A DNA stretch of 64,000 bases from Phaeosaccion multiseriatum (lineage: Eukaryota; Protista; Ochrophyta, other classes): NCBI GenBank assembly GCA_965112735.1, contig OZ218958.1, positions 2,232,001 to 2,296,000 of the forward strand, given 5' to 3'. The notes under the pieces were generated by a model, which was not told the DNA's origin, did not search any database, and saw nothing but the letters and a program-made list of their open reading frames with translations. Of this stretch, positions 12,686-25,580 are shown piece by piece; position 1 is the first letter of the stretch; every line of letters begins with the position of its first letter. Both the position numbers and the translations under genes were made by a program.

Positions 12686-14803
12686 TCAGGGGTCAACCCT
12701 GCTCCTCTTCCGCGATGGCCCTTCTTCCTCTCTCTCGGTCTCGTTCTGCTCCAGCTCGAAGCCGTACTCTCCCATCAGTGTCTTCACCTCCCTCGCCATG
12801 CCCTCCAAGCAGAAGAACTCCGCGGCCTGCAGAGCCTGCTTCGCTCGAACGTCGTCGAACAGCTTCGCACGCTTCCTCTTCTTCCCCCCCCCGCCAGTGC
12901 CTTCAACTTCCCCAATTCCTCCTCTGCTTCCGCTGCTACTGCTGCTACTCCTGCTGCTACTGCTGCTACTCCTGCTGCTACTGCTGCTCGCGCCGCCCTC
13001 TGTGCCTCCTCCTCCCGACCTTTTCGTCAGCAGCTCCTCCACACTGCCCGTCGTCACGAACTGCACCACAGCCTCAAAGCCCTCCTCGGTGAAGTCCACG
13101 CCATCATACTTCAGCTCTACACGCTTCATCTCCTTCTTGCCCTTCCCTGCCCCCTTCTCCTCCCCATCATCATCTTCATCATCCCCCTTGTAGCCGTGCT
13201 TCCTCGGGTCTAGCATATTCGGAAGAATGCCTGCCGCTGAGGCTTGGCCTGTGGAGATCTTCGCCCTCTCGTCCTCTCCCCCACTGACCCTCGCCGCCAG
13301 CCGCTCCATCAGAGGGATACTCAAGACGTACTGCTTCTCGCCCTTCTCTCCACTGCGCGTACTCACCAGCCTAACCCGCACTGTGCTGTCAGCCTTCTCA
13401 TCCTCAGCACCAGCTAAAACGGACATGCAGTGCTCCGAAACGGCGTGGAGTCTGCCTTTGACCACATTGCGCTCCTCCACTGCTTCACGAAAGAAAGAGG
13501 TAATGACACCACCGAAGCCTGCCTCCCCTGCCGCTTTCATCACCTTGTCGTCAACGGCAGAGCCCATCTTCAGCAGGAATCGAGCCACCTTCTCGCGCGC
13601 CTCCTTCTCTCCTGGTGATGTTCGAAGCCTCTTCGACGCCTGAGCCACCTTCCCTTCTCCAGGGCGCATGCACCATACCAAAGGACTTTCACCATCATCG
13701 GTGAGGGCATCGACCGCCGCTCCACCCTCCACCAGGAGGTAGGCCATCTTGATGCTGCCCAGGGCGGCCGCGAGATGCAGTGCGGTGATCGAATTCTTGT
13801 CCTTGACATCGACAGAGGCATCGGCGCGTATCAGCTCGCTCACAACCTTCACGTGGCCCTTGGCGACAGCCAACATGAGGGAAGTTCTACCATTTGCCTC
13901 AACACCATCAGGGTGGGCACCGCGGCAAATGAGTTCCTTCACACATCCCACTTGTCCACTCCAAGAGGCACAGTGGAGCGGCGTGAGCAAATCGTTGCCC
14001 GTTGCATCGACCTGCAGCCCTCTGCCCACAAGAATGGGGATGCACTGCTCGTTTCCGAAGTACGCGGCGAGGTGCAGGAGAGTATGGCCAACTTCGTCCT
14101 TCACCTGCACATCTGCGCCCTTCTTGAGCAAGATCGACAGAGCCTCGGCCCGCCCTGCTTTTGAGCCCTGCCCCTCCTTCCCTGCGCAGCAACTCTGGGC
14201 AGCCATATACCCACCCTGATTCTTCTCGACGACATTGGCCCCCGCCTTCAGCAACATCTTCACACTCGAAGGGCTCCCAGCCCAAGCCGCATCGTGCAAG
14301 GCGTAGGTCGCCTCCCATTTGGCTCCATGCTTAAGCAAGTACCACACTATCATGGGGTGGCCAGTGTGAGCAGCAAGGCGCAGAGGTGTCCATCCAGCAT
14401 TGGTAATACGCTTGGTGTTGACATCCGCACCTGCCTCCACTAGCCCCTTCACCAAGTCAAAGTGCCCCCTGCGTGCAGCAAGGTGCAGAGCCGTCCCGGA
14501 ACCCCCATCTCGCCTGGTGTCAACGCTTAGTCCGCACTCCCCCAGCAGCTTCACCCCCTCCAGCATCCTCGAACCCTTCACCTCCGAGCAGCGTGTCTCC
14601 TTGCTCTTCTCAGCATCGGCGAGGTAGCGCAGCGGACCATACCCCTTCTGCTTCAGCTCCTCGACATCGACGGTGCAGAGAACGGCCTTGAGCAAAAGAA
14701 GTAGGTCCTCCTTGGTGTTTCCCCAGCCCGAAGCCTCCAGCTCAACTCTCTTGTCATACCACTCCTGCACCTTCCCGGCAATCCTCTCCCGCTCTGCACT
14801 CAT
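12686..14803 (-). CDS. Intronless ankyrin-repeat + C-terminal BTB/POZ-like protein, paralogue A (705 aa)
   Basis: About 9 ankyrin repeats, then ADSTVRVRLV...LAARVS...ILPNML...VELKYDGVDFTEEGFEAVVQFVTTG...ALQAAEFFCLEGMAREV, a BTB-type pattern with low-complexity loop insertions; basic NLS-like KKRKR and RKRSR. Confidence 0.85.
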   Translation of the reverse strand: MSAERERIAGKVQEWYDKRVELEASGWGNTKEDLLLLLKAVLCTVDVEELKQKGYGPLRYLADAEKSKETRCSEVKGSRMLEGVKLLGECGLSVDTRRDGGSGTALHLAARRGHFDLVKGLVEAGADVNTKRITNAGWTPLRLAAHTGHPMIVWYLLKHGAKWEATYALHDAAWAGSPSSVKMLLKAGANVVEKNQGGYMAAQSCCAGKEGQGSKAGRAEALSILLKKGADVQVKDEVGHTLLHLAAYFGNEQCIPILVGRGLQVDATGNDLLTPLHCASWSGQVGCVKELICRGAHPDGVEANGRTSLMLAVAKGHVKVVSELIRADASVDVKDKNSITALHLAAALGSIKMAYLLVEGGAAVDALTDDGESPLVWCMRPGEGKVAQASKRLRTSPGEKEAREKVARFLLKMGSAVDDKVMKAAGEAGFGGVITSFFREAVEERNVVKGRLHAVSEHCMSVLAGAEDEKADSTVRVRLVSTRSGEKGEKQYVLSIPLMERLAARVSGGEDERAKISTGQASAAGILPNMLDPRKHGYKGDDEDDDGEEKGAGKGKKEMKRVELKYDGVDFTEEGFEAVVQFVTTGSVEELLTKRSGGGGTEGGASSSSSRSSSSSSRSSSSSSGSRGGIGEVEGTGGGGKKRKRAKLFDDVRAKQALQAAEFFCLEGMAREVKTLMGEYGFELEQNETEREEEGPSRKRSRVDP

Positions 14804-15377
14804 CTTCCTCCAGAGTACACTCTTCCCCTACCCCGAGCGACTCTGTCGTACAGAAAACAGCAGGAAGGGTACGGAAGGGAAAATAGAGGCCACTCCGGTA
14901 GCCTCGAACTTTGAAAGCTTCTGCTACAGCAGTCGGGCACAGTTGGGAGGGGGAAAGCCGATGGAGAAAGGCAGCGAATGCAGACTGAGATCCTCAGCAG
15001 GAGATAGAGACGAGCACGAGCGGAACGAGGGGGAGAGGGCTAGGGGCAGAGAGCCAATTTTCCAGCTCCCTTTTTTTCTTTTGTTTGTCGTCGCCTCTGC
15101 GTTATTGGAGGGAGGAGACGAATAAAGAGATCAGACTAGAAGAAGAAGGTTGAAGGTTGGGAAGAGGAACTGAAAGTGGGAAGAGAGCAGACCCGCAAGT
15201 CGCCATTTGTTTTTGAGGAACCAACTCTATGACCTTCGCACTCCCCTCTCTCGATTCTCTCTCTCTCAGATCCTCTTCTCTCCCTCTCTGACCCCCTCCT
15301 TTGATCCAATATGGCCATTCTCTTTCATGTCTAAGTCCTGTGCGCAGCCATAGGCAGCCCCGAACACCCTTGCAGTC

Positions 15378-18300
15378 ATGCTGACGAGGTCGTGTCGTCG
15401 TATTGGGGAGAGGAGGGCCATAGGTAGAGGGTTTTGCCAGTGCTTGGAGGTGAGGTTGGCCAAAGCGAAAGCTTGGGGACAAAGCGTAGGGGGCGATGGG
15501 GCCCTTTGGGAGCAATGGATCAGCACGAGGAGCAGGAGCATTAGCAGCAGGAGCGCCAGCATCAGTAGTAGCAGTAGTAGGCGGAGTATTGCGACAGGCA
15601 GCAGCCACACTGAGACAGAGGAGGGTAGCGAGAGGCAGTACACCATACGGGACGTCGGAAAGGAACCTTCGCTGCTCGAGACCTTCACACCAGATAGGAT
15701 ACGGAACTATTGCGTCATCGCACACATTGATCATGGCAAGGTGCGATGGGGGTGTGGTGGACTGCCTGGTTTGTCGCTCTCTCTCTCCTCTCAACCTTCT
15801 CCACTTTCCTTCTCCCTTTCCTCTTTCTCACTGCACCATTCCTTCCTTGTCCTGCCCTGACGACGTGTATTCTGCGCGACAGTCCACTCTGGCGGACGGG
15901 TTGCTCGTGAGGACAGGGAACATCACAGAGAAGGAGAGGTCAGTGACGTGATGAGGGTTGAGCGGCCTCCATCCATATCCGAGGCAGAGGAAGGAATGCA
16001 AAGTAGCTAGCTAGACGCAGCGGGAGGGGAAGGAAGGAAGGAGAGGAGAGGAAGGGAGTGTGCATGCGCTACTCATCCAAGCAGAATTTGCTCTACAACA
16101 CTGCACGGCTCACCATGCGCTGTTCGATGTTCATCCAAATGTGCTCCCTTGTCGCACTCACCGTATAGGGCCGGCAAGACACAGCAGATGGACACTTTAA
16201 AGGTGGAGAGGGAACGGGGCATCACAGTCAAGGCGCAGACCGCGAGTATGCTGTACAAGGGGTACCTGCTGAACCTCATTGACACCCCCGGGCATGTGGA
16301 CTTTAGCCACGAGGTGAGGGAGATACAGAGGGATGGGAGAGAGAGAGAGAGAGAGACGGAGAGATGGATAGAGCGAAGTCAGACAGGGAGACAGAGAGCG
16401 AGACAGATAAAGAGAGACTGGCGTTTAGCAGAGGCTGCGACGGGAACACGACCCCTCCTTGGCACCGCCCACACCATCTTGTCGATGCTCCTCCTCCCCT
16501 CCCTTCCCTGACCGCTCTGTTCTGCTCTGTATCACCAACTGCTCTGGTCAGGTGGTGCGGAGTCTCAGCGCGTGCAATGGGGCGCTGCTGCTGGTGGACT
16601 CCTCGCAGGGGGTTCAAGCACAGACCTTGTCCACGTGCCACGCAGCCATCAAGGTAGGGGGGGGGAGGGGGGGGGAGGGACAGGAGGGGATGGCAGTGGA
16701 TGGGGAGGGGAGAGGCAGGGCATAGACAGGAGGTGTGGAGGGGGGGGGAGGGACAGGAGGGGAGGCAGGGTAGGTACCCATTCCTCGACCTCGCAACTGT
16801 CCCGGAATGCTCCCTTTCTCTCTCTGTCCCCTCATCTTTCTCCCTCTCCCTCTCTCTTTTCTCTTCTCCCTCTGTGGCCCCAGGCCGGTCTGAGTCTTAT
16901 ACCGGTGCTAACCAAGATCGATCTACCTCACGCCCAGCCTGAGGTGAGTGAGCGAAGCATTTGACCGAGGTTGGGGCAGTATCACCAAGTGGTGATGCTG
17001 CTTTTCCTGCTGGCACTGCCTGGGGCGTCTGTCAAACACTCCTGCCTTGCTGAGAGGGTCTATGGTCTATGCTTCCTCTTTCAGGACGTGGCGATATCCA
17101 TGAGCTCGACATTCGATCTCGACCCAGAGAAGGTCATAGAGACGTCCGCCAAGGCGGGGGTGGGCATCGAGGAGGTGCGTGGGTGGGTGCGTGCGTGCGT
17201 GCGTGCGTGCGTGTGTGCGTGTGCGTTTTTGTGCGTGTGTGCGCGCGCATGTCTGAGTGGGGAGCGTCAAATGCGTGTGTGTACAGGTGGGACGCACAGC
17301 GTGCGACAGAGAGACAGAGAGAGCGACGGGTAGGGAGGGGAAAAGGAGGGACGGTCCACACACATCCTGCCTACTCCCCTCCCCTCCCCCTCGCACTACA
17401 CCATCTCGTCTGTGCTCTCTCGTCCTCTGCCTCTTACCTCTGCGCTACTCTCTCGCTGCGCATCCCCTCTCTCCCTCCCTCTCCCTCTCCCCACATGCCT
17501 TTGCTACCTACCCTTGTGCCTTCTTCCTCTGTCTACCCATATCCCCTCCCTCTACCTGCCCATATGCCTCCTCCCTCAAAGGTGCTCGACGCCATCATAG
17601 AGCAGGTCCCGCCCCCTGGGGCAGGCTCAAAGCCGCACTTGCCGCAGAGAGAGCAGCAGACAAGGTGTCGCCTCGTGGACAGTTGGTTCGACCAAGTTAG
17701 GGGGGTCGTGTGCTTGATACAGGTGAGGGCGTGGGGTGGGTGGGTGAGTGAATGGGTGAGTGGGTGGGTGAGTGAGTGAGTGAGTGGGTGGGTGGGTGAG
17801 TGGGTGGGTGAGTGGGTGGGTGGGTGAGTGGGTGGGTGGGTGAGTGGGTGCGTGGGTGGGTGAGTGGGTGAGTGGGTGGGTGGGTGGGTGAGTGAATGGG
17901 TCGGTGAGTGGGTGGGTGCGTGCGTGGGTGGGTGGGTGAGTGGGTGGGTGGGTGAGTGGGTGCGTGAGTGAGTGCGGGGCGGGAGGGGCAGGATGTGTGT
18001 GCTGGGGCTCAGCCTGCCTTAGCGCTGACGCTATCTATGCCTTCCAACCTACTTCCCCCCTACTTATCCACGCACCTACCTCACTCCCTCTCTCCCTCCC
18101 CACCTGCCTACGTACCTACCTACCTACCTACCTACCTACCTACCTACCTACCTACCTACTTAAGGTCGTGGACGGTTGTCTCAGCGAGGGGCAGCGAATC
18201 ACTACTTGCGCGCTGAGAGACAGCAAGGAGAAGAGCGGGAAGGTGCGTTTTGCCTGACTCGACATGTTCCTGTACATGTACATGTAGCAGCTTACTTGCT

Positions 18301-19392
18301 TACTCACACACTGAAACTAACTGTGAACTAAAGACATACGTTCAGTTTTCAGTTGAGATGACCTTATCAAAATCGAACTCATAAAATGGACCAATGTCGA
18401 AGCTTCTGTGCTTGCTCCACGGAGCAGCGTCTGAAGACTCAGGAGGATCCAACCGCGTCAAGGACCTAACTGAAAATGTCTTCTATTCTGTCTCTGTGCC
18501 TACCTTAAACTGAAACTGCACCTCCCTACGTACCTCCCTACGTACCTCCCTACGTACCTGGTGTCAGGGGATTGAGACGTTCAACGTACAAGAGCTCGGG
18601 CTGCTCACCCCCACACCCATGAGGACCACGGCGCTCTTCACAGGACAGGTCAGGGGTCAAGGGATGGCAGTGGATGGGGTCAGGGGTCAGGGGATGGCAG
18701 GGAATGGCAGTGGATAGGGTCAGGGGTGGTGAGGGGTGGGGTCAGGGGCGAAGGGTCAGGGATCAGAGGTCGGGAGTGAGGGGTCAGGGATGATGAGTGA
18801 GGTACGACGCACTGGCTCGTGCATACTGTGAGCTGCTTTATCACCAACTGCTGTGCTATCCTCCTCCTCCTCCTCCTCCTCCTCCTCCTCCTCCTCCTCC
18901 TCCTCCTCCTCCTCCCTCCTCCCTCCTCCTCCCTCCCCTCACATACACCCTATCAGGTCGGCTACATGGTATCGGGTATGCGCAGCACACGCCAAGCCAT
19001 CATGGGAGACACAGTCATCATCGCCGGAGACAAAACACAGCAGCATCAGCGCCAGCATGAGGGAGGAGGGGAGCCTCCCCCTGAACCTTTGCCGATGCTT
19101 GCTCCATCGAGGTACGACATGAGGGGAGGGAGTGTTTGACATCCATATCGACTTTTTAATGTCGGTCTTTCTTTTGTTTGGTTGTGTTGGTTGCAATAGG
19201 TAAGATAGATGGAGTCCTTCTAACCTAATACTGAAACTGAAACTGAAACTGAAACAGGTGTGCGGTGTTCGCTTCGGTGTTCCCCTCCGTGGATGGAGAG
19301 TTTGACGCCTTGTTGCAGGCGGTGGAAAGGTGAGTGGGGGGGGGGAGGGAAGGGGATAACACGAAGTGATAACACGAAATGTTGATGCGTTG

Positions 19393-19426
<34 letters not shown>

Positions 19427-19554
19427 GACTATCCCTCTCTCCTCTCCTCCGTCTTTGCTTTGCTTTTCTGTCTCGTCACCTCTAGCGTTCTCTTCACCCC
19501 TCTCGTTGTATGGCCGTTTTCTGTTTCGCCCCTTTCTCTCTCTCTCTCTTTCTC

Positions 19555-19599
<45 letters not shown>

Positions 19600-21074
19600 G
19601 ACTATCCCTCAAAACTCCCTCACAGGCTGGCGCTGAACGACGCGTCCCTCGTGTGGGAGAGAGAACAGGTGCTTGAGAGTGTGGAGAGAGAGTGGGGCAT
19701 TGCCTGAGGCAGGGGCAGGGGGAGGGGCGGAGGGATGGCAGTGGATGGGAGGGGTGGAGGGATGTCCTCACTCATGCCTTGTGACTGCTTCGCTGCTCTG
19801 CACTTGTCGCCTTGAAGCATTGATTCACTGGAACTGATCCCCTTCCCTCTTTCCTTCCCCTCTCTCCCTGCATCATTCCCTCTTCCCTTCATCCCCTCTG
19901 GCTTTATCTGTTGCCCTTGCTTGCTGCCGTTTGCCTTCCATGGTACCGTTCGTGCTGCTTGCGTTCGTTGCTTGCGGTGTGCCGTGTGTGGTGATATGCA
20001 TGTGTGTGGTGTGTGGTGTAACTATCTGTTGTGTCTATTTATGTATGTGTGTTTATGTGGCGTGTGTGGTTTGGCGCCCACGTTATCTATCGATGTGTTT
20101 GTTTGATGTGACACGCCACGCCATCTGTGATGTGAATGCAGAACTTGGCCATGGGCAGCGGCCTTAGGGTGGGCTTCCTCGGCCTGCTGCACATGGAGGT
20201 GTTCCACCAGGTATAGCATAGGCACAAGCAGATGGCAGTGGATGGATGGCAATGGATGGCAGTCAGTGGATGGGGGATGGGGGTGGGGATAGCAGGGGAC
20301 GGCACCCCCCCCCTGCTCGTCCTTTTGCAGGGTGATTTTGGCATTGCCCTGAACTCTGCTCGTTCTCCTCCTCCTCCTCCTCCTCCTCCTCCTCCTCCTC
20401 CTCCTCCTCCTCCTCCTCCTCCCCCCCTTCCTCCTCTCCCTCCTCCCCCCCCACAGCGCCTGACTGATGAGTTCGACACGTCCGTGCTGCTGACGAGCCC
20501 CACCGTGCCTTATCTCATCAAGGAGGCAGCAGGCGCCGGGGGGGGGGAGGACCAGGTACATGTAACTCTGCAGTTTGCAGTTGCAGTTCCTTAGACCCTG
20601 TCTGTCGAAAGCCAGTCAAGAGATCGAATATTGGTCCCTGATGTGTGCCACCTGCTCTCCACCCATTGCCATCCACTGCCATCCACTGCCATCCCTCCCT
20701 TCACAGGTGAGGGAGGTGCTCAGCCTGGCTGATTGGCCTGCTTCCCCCCCAAAGGGCCAACAACAGCAGAGTCAACAGGCCGGAGGCGGCCCAGTGAGGC
20801 TCTTCAAGTTCAAAGTGCTGGAGCCCATGGTGGAGGTAAGCGGGAGGCAGGGGGGGGAGGGGGATGGGATGGGAGGGGAGGGCGAGGGGAAGGGGAAGGG
20901 GAAGGGAAAGGAGAAATCGCCTTTGGCTCTGGCGTGCTTGGGGTGCCTAGGTGAGCTCTCTCTCTCATCCCTCGCTCTCTCCCTAGCTCTCTCATCCCTC
21001 GCTCTCTCCCTGTCTCTTATCTCTCTCTCCATCTCCGTACATAACTCTCTCTCTCTCTCTTTCTCTCTCTCTCG

Positions 21075-21114
<40 letters not shown>

Positions 21115-22321
21115 CTCTCTCTCTCTCTCTATCTCTATCTCTATCTCTCTCCTGTGTGCAATCGCCGCAGGCAACGGTGGTGACTCCAGCGACTTGCCTC
21201 GGCGCCGTCATGGGGCTCCTCAAGGACCGGAGAGGCGTGCAGAAAGACATGAAGTAAGCAAGTGTGTGCGTGTGCGTGTGTGTATATATATGTGTGTGTT
21301 GAAGTGTGTGTGTGTGCGTGCGTGAGGGGAGGGGGCAGACGGTGTGCTGCACCTGGAGATGGGGTGCCATGCCCCTCCCCTCCCCCCCTCATTCTAGGTA
21401 CTGACACCTCATCCCTCCCATCCACTGCCATCCCCTCCCCTCCCTTAACACCAGGTACCTTGACGAGCACCGCGTGGTGTTGCGTTACGACATGCCCTGG
21501 CAGGAGATCGTCACGGACTTCCACGATGCAGGTATATGGGTGTATGGAAGCCATGGCATGTGGGAAGGATATAGGCAGCATGGGGGTGGGGGGGACGTTA
21601 CGGGTATATGGGCAGGCATGTGGCAGCCGGATGCCCCCCCCTCTATCTTTGTCTCTCTCTCTGACACACACACACACACACTCCCTCTCTACCTCTCTCT
21701 CCCCCCCCCCCCCTTCTCTCTCTCTTCTCCAGCCAAGACCGTGTCCAGCGGTTACGCGTCCTTCGACTTCAAGGAGATTCCCCACCAGGAGGCGGACCTC
21801 GTGAAGGTAGACATGGTGGTCAATGACGAGGTCGTCGACGCCCTCTCCTTCGTGTGCCACAGGTAGAGAGAGAGAGAGAGTGTCTCCCTCAGTCAGTCAG
21901 TCAGTCAGTCAGTCAGTCAGTCACTTCCTCACTTCCTCACTTCCTCCCTTCCTCGGTTCGAGCTCACTCGCCCCTTCGGACTGACTGCTGCACTGCGGCC
22001 CACCCAGCCTATCCGCAGTGTTTGACTTGCGGTCTAGTAAACTGAACCTGAAACTGAAACTCGGTGTACCACAACCACAACACAGAGACAAGGCGGAGAA
22101 GCAGGGCCGTGCTGTGTGTCATAAGCTCAAGGACGTCATCCCCAGGCAGCAGTTCGCCATCGCCATTCAGGTGTGTGTGTCAGGAGTAGGTGTCAGGAGT
22201 AGTGGTAGTAGTAGCAGTAGTAGTAGTAGTAGCAGCAGTAGTAGTAGCAGCAGCAGTAGTAGTAGTAGTGGCTTGTAGTAGCAGCAGTAGTAGTAGTAGT
22301 AGTAGTAGTGCAGCAGTAGTG

Positions 22322-22376
<55 letters not shown>

Positions 22377-22430
22377 CTTGTAGCAGTAGTAGCAGCAGCA
22401 GTAGTAGTAGTAGTAGCTTGTAGTAGCAGC

Positions 22431-22516
<86 letters not shown>

Positions 22517-22953
22517 CTTGTAGCAGTAGTAGTAGCAGCAGTAGTATGTAGTGTTATCCCCAGGCAGCAATTCGCCTTTCACGTGCGTAGGGTTGGTGTG
22601 TGTGTATTCAATCCACAATCCTCGTTCTTCCCCTGACTCTACCCTACCATACCCCACCCTGCCCTCCCCTCCCTCCCCCATCCCCTCCCTCCCCTCCGTC
22701 TAAACAATACACCCAAACACACGCACACACATAGGCGCGAATCGGTAGCAAGAATTTCGCCAGAGAAACCGTTAAGCCCTACCGCAAAGACGTGCTCACC
22801 AAGGGGGGCAAGACCATGGGGGGGGGCGATGTGAGCCGTAAGAAGAAGCTGCTCGAGGCGCAGAAGAAGGGCAAGAAGGAGCAAAAGGGTAGGGGCAAGG
22901 TGCGGCTGAGTCAGGAGGCGTTCTGGGCGGTGCTGTCCAGAGGAGGGGGGTGA
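15378..22953 (+). CDS. GUF1: Translation factor GUF1/LepA (EF-4), organellar (mitochondrial type), about 20 exons
   Basis: [15 protein letters not shown]|[100 protein letters not shown]...[19 protein letters not shown]; Arg/Ser-rich presequence-like N-terminus. Confidence 0.95.
22193..22550. repeat. Intronic (TAG/CAG)n microsatellite
   Basis: Long AGT/AGC trinucleotide run in the last GUF1 intron. Confidence 0.95.
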
Positions 22954-23544
22954 GGGGTGAGGGGTGAGGGGGTTACGGTGGCTTTATGGGGGGGCATGGG
23001 TGGGTGTGTAGGCAAAGGGGCTTCGAGAGGCCATTTGATGTCTCTCTCTCTCTCCCTCTCTTAGGATAGAAGTACGTTAAACGTAAAGAGAGGAGTAGGA
23101 GTAGGTCGTAAACACAATGTATAAAACACCCAGAACCAAAGCCAGACCATGGCAGGCGGCCGGCCTCCTTCCATTACCTACTACTGCCTTCCATTCCGTC
23201 ACTGTCCTAAGCCAGCGAATGAGCTCTTGCTACCATAGCCTCACAGGTGCCCAGGCTCTCTAGGCACCGCACAGAGGGATTGCCTACGCCTGGGCCATTG
23301 ACATAAGACCAAGCTGACCGGTGGCCCAGTCGCAGGCAACACGCTGAACGGTCAAAACTATCACCTGTTCTATCCCCCCCCACACACTTCTTTCTCTCTC
23401 TCACCTTACTCCAGCTCTACTCCATAAGCGCAACGGACGAAATCATAGAGAGGGAGGGCCACTACCACTGCTCCGCCGCGCCAGAAAGAGGCCTTTGGCA
23501 GAGGAAAGAGATAGAGAGGAAAGAGAGAGGGTAAGGGCGGCACA

Positions 23545-25105
23545 ATGCTCTGCATCCCGCTTCCGGACGTGTCGAACTGGCTCCGACTAGTGTTCGGGCC
23601 GCCCATGCCATTCGAGGTAAGAGCACCCGCAACTGACACGTGGGCGAGAGGAGTGCAGCTGTAGAGGGGAATGAGGTTCGAGCCCAAAAGCGGGGTGGTG
23701 CAATTTTGGAGTAGCTCAGTGTCCTTGTGGTGAGAGTGCCCACGTTCTTCAAGCACTGGAGGGGATGGGTGTTGGTAGGGCAGGACAGCCGCTGAGATCC
23801 CCCTCAAGTCCACCCTCTCTATCGTGTCGCCTGTTAATCAATGACCGAGGCGGGATTTGGCTGATCCACTTTCATACCTTACAAAACACACAGGAGCGCC
23901 TCTACAGGGCCATAGTCCATAAGCAGAAGGTCTCTACGGTGAAGGCGCTGTTGAGGGAGACCTTCGCCATACATGGCAGGGCATGGCTGGAACAGCCTAT
24001 CGCCACGCGCAGCATTACCGCTATGTTCTGCGCTGCATGGTATGGTCGGCTGGATGTCGTGGAGCTTCTCCTGCAGGAAGGGGCCTTGCCGTCTACCGCA
24101 GGCTTGTTGGCGGCCGCTACAACGGGACAGACTCACGTGGCGAGGTGCCTGCTGGCCGCCGGAGTCGCTGTCAACAAAGCCAACACAAGGGGTGTAAGGG
24201 CCCTTGCTCTTGCTTCTCAGCACGGACACACCTCCGTTGTTAAGCTTCTCCTTTCTGCCGGCGCGGACGTGAACTCAGGAGACAATAGTGAATGCACTCC
24301 ACTCAATATGGCATGTTTGCATGGGCATGAGAGGGTGGTGCGGCAGCTCATCAGGGCTCACGCCACAGTCGACAAGGAGGACACACAAGGCAAGACTCCA
24401 CTTTGGGTAGCCTCGAAGGCGGGCCATGTCGCCATCGTGCAGCAGCTGTTAGTGGCCGGAGCAAATGCGGAAAAGAGGAACAACACCGGTGCCACGCCCC
24501 TCATTACCGCCGTTCTTCACGATCAAGGGGATGTAGTGGACACGCTCGTGGTGGGGGGCGCAAAGGTTGGTGCGCCTTTCACGGAGGGGCGCAGTCCCCT
24601 CTTTATGGCCTGTGAGCAAGGCCGTGACCACGTGGTGGAGCGTCTTCTCTCTGCGGGAGCGAGCATGGAGACAGCGAACAAGTGTGGCTTCACCCCACTC
24701 TACGTGGCGGCACGAAACGGGCACGCCTCTGTGCTGGCCCTGCTCATCGCTGCCGGCTGTCCCCTGGACACCCCACTGACGGGGCTGGGGGGCTATAGGA
24801 CCGCTCTGATTGGCGCGTTGGAATCCAACAAGCGAAGCCCTGTGGAGCAGCTTGTCGCGGCCGGTGCATCGATGCCCAAGGCTGTGGCTTGGACACGGCA
24901 GAATCCATGTTATCTCACGCCCGAGGTGTGTGAGCAGCGACTTCTAGCAGCCTCGGCGGCAGCGGCACCAACAGCGGCGGCGGCAACGGCAAGGGCGGCA
25001 ACGGCAGCGAGAAGGAAGCCCCGACTGAGGCTGAGGCATATCCAACCAGCAGGCGTGCAGGCGGGTCATGATGATGCGAGAGCGGGAGTGTTACCCTTTC
25101 AGTAA
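23545..25105 (+). CDS. Ankyrin-repeat protein; exons 23545-23616 and 23894-25105
   Basis: Exon 1 MLCIPLPDVSNWLRLVFGPPMPFE|gtaaga, acceptor cacag|ERLYRAI, then about 8-9 ankyrin repeats (TPLNMACLHGH, TPLWVASKAGH, SPLFMACEQGR, TPLYVAARNGH). Confidence 0.8.
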
Positions 25106-25580
25106 TTTTGCCGGAGGGCATTCGAGGGAGAGCGAAGCGACACGTAGACGTCACTTAGAGGAGCGGAGGGGGGGGGGGGGGGGGTTGCGGGGAGGTGGGC
25201 GCGGTCTTTATGGTCAGTTTCTAGTGTGTGAAAGTGGGGAAAAAGCGGACAGAAGGAAGAAAGAAAAGAGGGTTTGGAAGAGCAGAGCTCGCGTCGACTT
25301 TTGAACTCTCTACGATCTTTCAGTAATACTCACTTTGTCATCACTCTCAATACGTCACTTAGTCTTGTGAGAAGCAGACACAATTTGTGCCTCTGCTCTC
25401 TCTCTCGCCAAAAACGGCAGTTGGTCATTTCAACAAAAAAAGCCCAGCCCTCAGCAATGTTGTAGCACCCTGCACTAGCTATCCTCAACCGCCAGTAAAA
25501 CGCCAGTAAAACAGGAGAGAGAGAGGCCACTACCACTGCACCGACGAGTGCGCTTTTCAGGGAGGAGAAGGGGCGGGAGG

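Noticed and set aside
16980-16997. Lambda-operator-like palindrome TATCACC-AAGT-GGTGATG
   Set aside because: Spacing differs, the context is a eukaryotic intron, and it is better explained as two opposed copies of the dispersed motif.
25149-25362. Two cgtcACTTAG copies between the ankyrin duplicates as another cassette
   Set aside because: No inverted repeats inside the two hexamers; may be chance.
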